IMG/VR virus record: IMGVR_UViG_3300047403_000123
Coordinates: 1-28,513 of that record
Source: a virus
Taxonomy: Duplodnaviria > Caudoviricetes
Length of the DNA: 28,513 bases
Reading direction: 5' to 3' (one strand)
Part shown: positions 10,630 to 16,521 of the stretch, piece after piece
Layout of the letters: each line of letters opens with the position of its first letter
How positions within the stretch are numbered: the first letter of the stretch is position 1
Notes under the pieces: generated by a model
What the model saw: only the letters and a program-made list of their open reading frames with translations
What the model was told of the DNA's origin: nothing
Databases searched by the model: none
Made by a program: the position numbers and the translations under genes

Positions 10630-10663
10630 CGCCGGCCTCCTCGTGGGGGCGGCGCTTTTTTTT
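10630..10663 (+). terminator. Rho-independent terminator of the late/lysis operon (weakly bidirectional)
   Basis: CGCCG(G)CCTCC-TCGT-GGGGGCGGCG hairpin followed by an 8-T run, between convergent genes. Confidence 0.85.
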
Positions 10664-10681
10664 GTGGCCGGATGGGCGGCA

Positions 10682-11005
10682 TCACATGCTCTTATTGTTA
10701 GCGGTCAGCCAGTCCAATTGATGGCGCGCTATCCATGGCCCGACTAAATCATTGTCGATCAGCACATAGGCATCGCGTAATGCCTCAATCAGCCTGTCAT
10801 TTTCTTCGGACAACTCGACGTTTGCCATAGACCGCGCCTGCAACAAAACAGCTTCGGCTCCGATGTCGCGCTCATGTTTCGCTATTTCGCGCAGTCGCTC
10901 GATTTCCGCAACCAGCAATTCGTCAATGCGCGGTTCGTAGCCTTCAAATCGCGTTCGGCCTTCCGACACCTTCTTGACGATAGTCATTGCCTCATCGATG
11001 GTCAT
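10682..11005 (-). CDS. Hypothetical coiled-coil protein
   Basis: ATG at 11005 follows the linker AGAAAGGGCCGCCC; LVAEIERLR motif common in small phage proteins. Confidence 0.7.
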   Translation of the reverse strand: MTIDEAMTIVKKVSEGRTRFEGYEPRIDELLVAEIERLREIAKHERDIGAEAVLLQARSMANVELSEENDRLIEALRDAYVLIDNDLVGPWIARHQLDWLTANNKSM

Positions 11006-11024
11006 GGGCGGCCCTTTCTTCACT
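11005..11024 (-). repeat. Gene-boundary linker repeat, copy 1 (AGTGAAGAAAGGGCCGCCCA)
   Basis: 20/20 identical to 11668-11687. Confidence 0.9.
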
Positions 11025-11271
11025 TATGAACGATGACGTGGGGAACTGGCATTAAATCTGCCAGTAACTTGACGACACGATCATGCTCGTTTTGCAGTGG
11101 CCGAACCCGCGCCGCATGCTCATTCCATATTCGACTTTGTTCCAGGCGAGTGTCATGCTGGCAGGCCGCCAATTCTGTGATGCGCTGCCAAGTATTGGCG
11201 TATTCGTCGGCCAATCTCTGCGCATTGGCGCGCAGAAATGCGCGAGCGGCATCCATATCGGTTTCGAGCAA
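11020..11271 (-). CDS. Hypothetical helical protein
   Basis: Fills the gap exactly between neighbours; TTG start after TAGAGGCCGCCA. Confidence 0.6.
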   Translation of the reverse strand: MLETDMDAARAFLRANAQRLADEYANTWQRITELAACQHDTRLEQSRIWNEHAARVRPLQNEHDRVVKLLADLMPVPHVIVHK

Positions 11272-11280
11272 TGGCGGCCT

Positions 11281-11667
11281 CTACTGTTTCAAGTTGTTGA
11301 ATGGCGATCTGGCCCGGTTGAATTTATCGCGGGACACGATCCGGCGCAGAAAACCAAACCGAAGACCTACGGTCTCGTCGTTGTTCGGGCCGGCAAAAAT
11401 GGTCTCCTTGCAATCCTCGATCCGGTTGCCATGCGCCCAGCATAGGCATGGCACGTTGTTTTTTGTCCACATCCAAATATCGTGGCAGTGCTCGCATGTG
11501 GCGAACGTGTCGAAGTTCCCGCCCCATACCCCAGCAACATGCTCGTATTGCTCTCCCGGCAGAATACGGCCCCCGCACTCGCAGCATTTATGTTCCTTGC
11601 GCGCCCTACGGATAGCCTTGTTGTAGAAGGCCGGAGCGTCGTAGTCGCATGAACAGTCCCACGACAT
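11281..11667 (-). CDS. Cys-rich zinc-finger-like phage protein, allele A
   Basis: RARKEHKCCECG...TCEHC...PCLCWAHG; 120/128 aa identical to 12205..12591. Confidence 0.85.
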   Translation of the reverse strand: MSWDCSCDYDAPAFYNKAIRRARKEHKCCECGGRILPGEQYEHVAGVWGGNFDTFATCEHCHDIWMWTKNNVPCLCWAHGNRIEDCKETIFAGPNNDETVGLRFGFLRRIVSRDKFNRARSPFNNLKQ

Positions 11668-11687
11668 TGGGCGGCCCTTTCTTCACT
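11668..11687 (-). repeat. Gene-boundary linker repeat, copy 2
   Basis: + strand TGGGCGGCCCTTTCTTCACT, identical to 11005-11024. Confidence 0.9.
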
Positions 11688-11854
11688 CTGAATTCGGCAC
11701 CGGCTAACCGCTTTTCGTCCGCTATCCGCTGCATGCCGGCGGCGCGTCGATCCAGTCGGCTTGATCTCCTGCCACGCCCCGGTGCAACGTGGCCATATCC
11801 CATCTTCTTTATAAGACCGCAGCCGGAGACGGGATCGCGTCTGCGGAATTTCGT

Positions 11855-11864
11855 GGCCCTTTCT
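11855..11864 (-). repeat. Partial linker repeat (AGAAAGGGCC)
   Basis: 10-bp match located 10 nt after the stop codon of 11875..12195. Confidence 0.6.
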
Positions 11865-11874
11865 CTATCCGTCG

Positions 11875-12195
11875 TTAGCGACAATCGGCGCGCATTTCGG
11901 CGGCAGCCTCTGCCTCGGCCCGCGCCTCGCCATCGGCGCGCTCGATAAGTTGGTCGGATACCTCGTCGCTGGTATCGAATATGGCGCGCAGCCAGTCCGG
12001 CACATCGGCGCCGGTCTTGGCGTGCTTCACGGTGATAATTTCCAGCTCGGCTGGATCGCCCGGATATCCAGGATCACCGTTCCGCAGATAATAGACATGC
12101 GGAGTCTCCGGCCGGTAGGTGAATGTCACTTCAAACGCCACATCATCGATGCCTGCGATGGTCAGATATACGATATCGGTTTGCACATTAGCCAT
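11875..12195 (-). CDS. Hypothetical acidic phage protein (NGDPGYPGDPAE motif)
   Basis: ATG after TAGGGGCCGGCC; non-overlapping fit in the operon. Confidence 0.75.
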   Translation of the reverse strand: MANVQTDIVYLTIAGIDDVAFEVTFTYRPETPHVYYLRNGDPGYPGDPAELEIITVKHAKTGADVPDWLRAIFDTSDEVSDQLIERADGEARAEAEAAAEMRADCR

Positions 12196-12204
12196 GGCCG
12201 GCCC

Positions 12205-12591
12205 CTACTGTTTCGAGTTGTTGAAGGGCGATCTAGCCCGATTGAACCTATCGCGGGACACAATCCGGCGTAAAAAACCAAACCGCAGACCTACGGTCTC
12301 AGTATTGTTGGGGCCGCCGAAAATTGTCTCTTTGCAGTCCTCGATCCGGTTGCCATGCGCCCAACACAGACATGGCACGTTGTTCTTTGTCCACATCCAA
12401 ATATCGTGGCAACGCTCGCACGTCATGAACGTGTCGAAATTCCCTTCCCATACGCCGGCCACATGCTCGTATTGATCCCCCGGCAGAATGCGACCTCCGC
12501 ACTCGCAACATTTGTGTTCCTTGCGCGCCCGACGGATAGCCTTGTTGTAAAAGGCCGGAGCGTCATAGTCGCATGAACAGTCCCACGACAT
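12205..12591 (-). CDS. Cys-rich zinc-finger-like phage protein, allele B
   Basis: True start at 12591 by alignment to allele A; preceded by the linker. Confidence 0.85.
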   Translation of the reverse strand: MSWDCSCDYDAPAFYNKAIRRARKEHKCCECGGRILPGDQYEHVAGVWEGNFDTFMTCERCHDIWMWTKNNVPCLCWAHGNRIEDCKETIFGGPNNTETVGLRFGFLRRIVSRDRFNRARSPFNNSKQ

Positions 12592-12606
12592 TGGGCGGCC
12601 CTTTCT
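12592..12606 (-). repeat. Gene-boundary linker repeat, copy 3 (AGAAAGGGCCGCCCA)
   Basis: 15/15 match to copies 1 and 2. Confidence 0.85.
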
Positions 12607-12619
12607 GTATTGCCGGCGG

Positions 12620-12919
12620 CTAGGCCGCCAGCGCCTTCCTCGACACATAAACCTCAAAGTCGGGGTCAACCGTCTTTTCCCCGGTGCGGCCGAATTCGAG
12701 AATGATCTTGGAGCCGTCGCAGAGCGCATCAACGCCGACGATCTCGCGCCACGGATCATAACCGCAATCTTCGGCATAGGCCGAGAACGTGTAGCCGGTC
12801 GCATCCGGGTGACCCAGCAGCCATTTGGCTGTGACGGCTTGGCGCCCGCACCGCTCAGCGGCGTATTGGCCCGGCTGTTCGCTGGGAATGCGGTATTTGT
12901 GTTCGATGATGCCTGCCAT
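12620..12919 (-). CDS. Hypothetical protein, first gene of the leftward island operon
   Basis: RBS gggag 6 nt before the ATG; directly downstream of a promoter. Confidence 0.75.
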   Translation of the reverse strand: MAGIIEHKYRIPSEQPGQYAAERCGRQAVTAKWLLGHPDATGYTFSAYAEDCGYDPWREIVGVDALCDGSKIILEFGRTGEKTVDPDFEVYVSRKALAA

Positions 12920-12969
12920 TTCAATCTCCCACCGGTATCCCGTGACTCCCGTTTCGGGAGCGTGATTTC

Positions 12970-12998
12970 TTTATACGCCTATCGAAAAAAGAATGCAA
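12970..12998 (-). promoter_or_regulatory. Sigma70 promoter for the leftward island operon
   Basis: TTGCAT-N17-TATAAA. Confidence 0.75.
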
Positions 12999-13018
12999 TA
13001 GCCCGTGCGGATAATTTC

Positions 13019-13047
13019 TTGACTATTTGAACATCCGCCCATATAGT
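13019..13047 (+). promoter_or_regulatory. Sigma70 promoter for the resolvase operon (likely leaderless mRNA)
   Basis: TTGACT-N17-TATAGT, followed by 7 nt and then ATG 13055. Confidence 0.75.
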
Positions 13048-13054
13048 CGAGGGT

Positions 13055-13669
13055 ATGGGAAAGACTGTCCTGGCCGTCGCGGCCCCAAAGGGCGAATTGA
13101 TCGGTTATGCTCGGGTTTCGACCCGCGAGCAGACCCTTGACATGCAATTGGACGCCCTGCTGTCGGCCGGCTGCCTCGAAATCTATGAGGAAAAGCTGTC
13201 GGCGACCTCTAAGCGGCGCAAGGAATTGAACCTCGCGATCAAGGCATTGCGGCCCGGCGATACCCTGGTGGTATGGCGGCTCGACCGGCTGGCCCGGTCG
13301 ATGCGCGAGCTATACGAGCGGCTGGATCAGATCAGCGAGGCCGGCGCCGGGTTCCGTTCTCTGACGGAGCATTTCGATTTTACCACGGCGACCGGTAAGC
13401 TGGTGCTCGGGTTCCTGGGCCTGATGGCCGAGTTCGAGCGGCAGTTGACTATCGAGCGCACCATGGCCGGCATGAAGGCGGCCCGCGAGCGCGGCGCGTC
13501 ATTCGGCGCCCCCCGGAAATTCACTGCTGCCAAGCAGCGCGAGGCCAAGCGGTTGCTGGCCCTCAAGGGTGCGCACAAGCTGAACAAGAAGAAGATTGCG
13601 GCGCGGCTCGGGATCAGTGCCGGGCTGCTGCACCAATGGCTACGGCGCGGTGCGCCGATTGAAAAATAG
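13055..13669 (+). CDS. Small serine recombinase (resolvase/invertase family) with a C-terminal HTH
   Basis: IGYARVSTREQ, GDTLVVWRLDRLARS, MAEFER..IERT.AG..AARERG..FG.P, HTH IAARLGIS. Confidence 0.96.
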   Translation: MGKTVLAVAAPKGELIGYARVSTREQTLDMQLDALLSAGCLEIYEEKLSATSKRRKELNLAIKALRPGDTLVVWRLDRLARSMRELYERLDQISEAGAGFRSLTEHFDFTTATGKLVLGFLGLMAEFERQLTIERTMAGMKAARERGASFGAPRKFTAAKQREAKRLLALKGAHKLNKKKIAARLGISAGLLHQWLRRGAPIEK

Positions 13670-13679
13670 GAGCCGGCCG

Positions 13680-13835
13680 ATGGGCGTCTCGTGGCTTACG
13701 AACCGCGTCCGCAAGACGGAGCCCAAACCTGGACTTGGCTGGTGCATGCGTTGCGATAGGACGCTGATCGGCACGGGTGAGAAATGTAAGTGCTGCGGTT
13801 TCCGTAACACTAAGACAAAGGCGCGGAAGAAATAA
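13680..13835 (+). CDS. Small zinc-ribbon protein (51 aa)
   Basis: RBS aggag; CMRC...CKCC; basic. Confidence 0.65.
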   Translation: MGVSWLTNRVRKTEPKPGLGWCMRCDRTLIGTGEKCKCCGFRNTKTKARKK

Positions 13836-14278
13836 TGAGCGGGGTGGCCATGAGGCCCGTCAGTGCTGAGACTATCAATGATCTGGTAACGGCGGCGCTC
13901 GTCATTCTAGCGCGCAATAAAGTGACGCCAGATATCGGCGAACATCTCTTGTATGGCGACCCTATGCGTGGCGTGCCACCTATGGTGCTTCGCAAGATTA
14001 TCGAGCATGTCGCCAACCATATATTGATCCCCGCGCCAGCACCAACAGTCACCATCCCGCTCGCTGACTATGACCGGCTACTACAGCTTATCGAGTTCGA
14101 CGACATGCTAGTGACGTGTCAGGTCTGTGGTGCATGGCTCGATCGTAGTGATCCGGCATGTGCCGCAGTCGAAGATTTTAACGGCTGCTGGAAGGTCGCG
14201 AGCGACCGAAATTCTGATCAATCGCTGTGTCGCTCATACCGAGCGACCGTGCGCGAGCAACCAAAGACAACACCATAG
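13835..14278 (+). CDS. Hypothetical protein with a C-terminal Cys cluster
   Basis: TAATG coupling (alternative start 13850); CQVC..C..C..C. Confidence 0.7.
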   Translation: MSGVAMRPVSAETINDLVTAALVILARNKVTPDIGEHLLYGDPMRGVPPMVLRKIIEHVANHILIPAPAPTVTIPLADYDRLLQLIEFDDMLVTCQVCGAWLDRSDPACAAVEDFNGCWKVASDRNSDQSLCRSYRATVREQPKTTP

Positions 14279-14289
14279 GAGCCGACGCG

Positions 14290-14424
14290 ATGCGCGTATA
14301 TAAAGTCAATTGTTTATATGCTTCATCGGCGGTTGTGACGACGATCAGCATCACAGCCGCCAGCCCCGGAGAGGCGTGGACTATCGCAATGCTGCACGGC
14401 TACACGCCGATTTCGGTGCGATAA
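14290..14424 (+). CDS. Small hypothetical protein (44 aa)
   Basis: RBS aggag in TAGGAGCCGACGCG-ATG. Confidence 0.55.
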   Translation: MRVYKVNCLYASSAVVTTISITAASPGEAWTIAMLHGYTPISVR

Positions 14425-14453
14425 AAAGGGAGCGGCGATAAGCCCAACCGGGC

Positions 14454-14602
14454 TCCGGCCAATGTTTGCGCAGAACAGCCTGCGCATATTTGTCGATTTC
14501 GCAGAATGCAACCGTCCGCATCCCTGCCCGTTCCAGGCCAAGGCTAAAACCGCCTATGCCGCTGAAAAGGTCCAGAACGCGCACGACCGCTGCCCATATC
14601 AT
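14454..14602 (-). pseudogene. Truncated C5-cytosine DNA methyltransferase (N-terminal ~50 codons only)
   Basis: VRVLDLFSGIGGFSLGLERAGMRTVAFCEIDKYAQAVLRKHWP covers motifs I-II; no motif IV (GFPCQ) or ENV follows; the frame runs into island sequence and stops at 14381. Confidence 0.88.
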
Positions 14603-15153
14603 TCCATAATCTCATCATCCAGGTCAAACCATCGCGACCGCGACAAAATAATTGCCGGCAAGCTAACCGGTATTTTTCGCATTTCACCAAGGCCGATAAT
14701 TGGGTAATACATTGTTTTTGTTTCCGCAATAATGCCTAGTTTTTTTGCTTCCGGCTTGTATTTCGGAATATCCGGCTGGGATAGCTCAATCTTGCAATTA
14801 GAAATTTGACCGTTTCGGAATATAGCTCGTGGGTCTTTCTTCTTCCTCGCATTGCAAGCCACCATGACAACGGCGGAAATTGTTGTGTTTTCCTGTTTGG
14901 CTATTGACTCAAAGCTCTCTAATGCCGCCCAGGCGTCCATAATCCTATTATTGCGCTGATCTAGCTTTTCTTTAACCATATCGGCTTTGTATTTAACTCG
15001 GGGATCGCCTCTTTTTCGGGCGCTTCGAATAATATGTTCAATCATTTCTTTGGAATAATTTTCAGCTTTTGCAATATTTCTTACTGTATCTCCGGAAATC
15101 CACGCCTGGATGACACGTTCGTTTCGCTCTTTGCGTTGTTGGACTATAGACAT
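14599..15153 (-). CDS. Protein with two tandem HTH-like repeats
   Basis: RNERVIQAW..IAK.EN..ARKRGDPR / RNNRIMDAW..IAK.EN..ARKKKDPR; RBS ggagg. Confidence 0.7.
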   Translation of the reverse strand: MSIVQQRKERNERVIQAWISGDTVRNIAKAENYSKEMIEHIIRSARKRGDPRVKYKADMVKEKLDQRNNRIMDAWAALESFESIAKQENTTISAVVMVACNARKKKDPRAIFRNGQISNCKIELSQPDIPKYKPEAKKLGIIAETKTMYYPIIGLGEMRKIPVSLPAIILSRSRWFDLDDEIME

Positions 15154-15167
15154 GACGAATCCTCCAT

Positions 15168-15431
15168 TTACGCCGCTTTGCGCGCTGCGACGCGAACAGT
15201 CTGCACTTCGGCCACCCGCGTATGAGCCCGAATGAACTGAGGCGACAGCTTTTCGCGCACGGCATCCATGTCGAGCGTTTCGCGCTCGCTGACGGAAACA
15301 GTTGCGCGGAACAAGTCGCCCTCATAAGCGCCAGGGCCGGCAGACTTTAGTTCGGCCTTGATCTTGTTGGCCTCACGTTCAAGCGTCGCGATCTGCGCCA
15401 GCAATTCGCCGAGTTTGTCGATATTAGCCAT
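15168..15431 (-). CDS. Small early phage protein (coiled coil plus beta region)
   Basis: RBS aggag before MANIDK; has its own promoter. Confidence 0.8.
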   Translation of the reverse strand: MANIDKLGELLAQIATLEREANKIKAELKSAGPGAYEGDLFRATVSVSERETLDMDAVREKLSPQFIRAHTRVAEVQTVRVAARKAA

Positions 15432-15475
15432 TTTTGTCGTCTCCTGTGTTGTCGGGACCGCCGTCCCGATGCCTT

Positions 15476-15504
15476 TATATAGCACTACGCCATATTGTCG
15501 TCAA
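15476..15504 (-). promoter_or_regulatory. Sigma70 promoter with an overlapping 17-bp operator-like site (15486-15502)
   Basis: TTGACG-N17-TATATA; TACGCCATATTGTCGTC matches the palindrome at 28061-28077 at 13/17 positions. Confidence 0.7.
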
Positions 15505-15772
15505 GCTCTCTGAGCATCTGAGCATAGACTGCCATGTCATCTAGGCTGTCAGCGTGTCCGCCATTCTCGAAGGTGTTGGAATATCTGCATAATTTTTGCA
15601 CAATAAATGCAAACGTCACAAACCGCGTGAAATCGTGCGCTGTTTCAATCGTAACGGGGCCGCCGTATATGTCCCATAACACATTGCCAATATTGGCATA
15701 TTGGTCGCCATAGGTTTTGGCCCGTTCCTCGAACAATCCAGCGAGACTGCGCAATCGCTCTGGTACACTCAT
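15485..15772 (-). CDS. DUF6378/NMAD1-like all-alpha nucleotide pyrophosphatase-like protein
   Basis: ERAKTYG...KLCRY...HADSLDDMAVYA motif pattern. Confidence 0.65.
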   Translation of the reverse strand: MSVPERLRSLAGLFEERAKTYGDQYANIGNVLWDIYGGPVTIETAHDFTRFVTFAFIVQKLCRYSNTFENGGHADSLDDMAVYAQMLRELDDNMA

Positions 15773-15857
15773 GATTATTTACCGGCCCGGCATTGGCTTT
15801 CGTCCGTAGCGCGCGGCGCGACCCGCTAAATGAATAGACTGGGGAGGAGACGATTAT

Positions 15858-16148
15858 CTATTCAAAACCGCTGACAATGCCGCCAGCGGGCGCTATAGGA
15901 ACCGATCTCCCTGTTCGATATTGCCACACCCGGATCACCTCGGCCTGTACATATGGCCTCAACAATTCCGGAACTTTAGTTAGTTCGTCATGCCTAGCCT
16001 GCCTGTCAGGCAATGCTAGAATTTCAACGGATATTTTGTAAATCTCGAACGCGCATGCTGATTGTATCGACGCTTCTTCTTCCTCCAATTTGACTTTGCC
16101 GGCAAGGATATCATTGATCCTGTCGCTGCAAGTACGCCTCGAAGGCAT
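15858..16148 (-). CDS. Hypothetical protein following VRR-NUC
   Basis: Likely start MPSRRT at 16148; helical; overlaps the end of VRR-NUC. Confidence 0.6.
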   Translation of the reverse strand: MPSRRTCSDRINDILAGKVKLEEEEASIQSACAFEIYKISVEILALPDRQARHDELTKVPELLRPYVQAEVIRVWQYRTGRSVPIAPAGGIVSGFE

Positions 16149-16521
16149 CAATTGCGGCGTCGGCTCCCAAAGCGACGCAGACGAATGCGCCGGATTCTTT
16201 CGCCGCGATGAGGTAGTTTTCCTGGCCATCCTGCCACCGCGACTTGGTATGATCCCGGCGCTTGATTTCACAGACAAACGCCGGCGCACCTGGAATGATA
16301 ACATCAGCCGCGCCCGGTGTCATCCCCTCGGCTTTATGACGAGCTGCCTGCATATATCCCCGCATTCCCTCGTTGCGGATATGTACTGCCAGCCGTCCAT
16401 ACGTCTCAGGCCATCTTCGGCGAACTCTGGCAAAAAACGTGACCTGCTCGGCCGATTCAGACGGGCAAGAACCGCGAAAATCAGTGTCACCATAAACAAT
16501 GATTTCAGGCCGGAATTTCAT
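16111..16521 (-). CDS. VRR-NUC (PD-(D/E)XK) nuclease / Holliday junction resolvase
   Basis: ESAEQ..HIRNEG..AEGMTPGAADVII..VCEIKR..Q..YL. Confidence 0.88.
   Translation of the reverse strand: MKFRPEIIVYGDTDFRGSCPSESAEQVTFFARVRRRWPETYGRLAVHIRNEGMRGYMQAARHKAEGMTPGAADVIIPGAPAFVCEIKRRDHTKSRWQDGQENYLIAAKESGAFVCVALGADAAIDAFEAYLQRQDQ

Larger units (their letters stand above)
10665..14461. mobile_element. Serine-resolvase-centred accessory gene island
   Basis: Resolvase with divergent small-gene arrays; the right junction truncates a C5-MTase; inverted 8-mers TGGCCGGA (10665-10672) and TCCGGCCA (14454-14461) at the apparent ends; repeated gene linkers. Confidence 0.55.

Noticed and set aside
11702-11880. 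Classical integron attC site (minus-strand CGCTAAC ... GTTAGCC)
   Set aside because: At 179 bp it is longer than typical attC sites, the internal arms are not complementary (no L boxes), and there is no tyrosine integrase.
11281-12591. Diversity-generating retroelement TR/VR pair
   Set aside because: Mismatches are not adenine-specific but concentrate at synonymous codon positions; both copies are intact genes; there is no reverse transcriptase in the window.
12205-12924. 239-aa extended ORF or fusion
   Set aside because: The N-terminal 111 codons overlap the better-supported gene 12620..12919; the paralog and the linker place the real start at 12591.
10665-14461. DDE transposon with TG...CA ends, or a simple invertible segment
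   Set aside because: There is no transposase and no target-site duplication; the IR is only 8 bp and the right copy is MTase coding sequence; inversion at the 8-mers would not restore the MTase (it would read HWPDGRHHMLL...stop).
14462-14707. ORF starting right after the linker mimic
   Set aside because: It is antisense to the MTase stub and the HTH gene and has no protein-like features; only its start context is informative.
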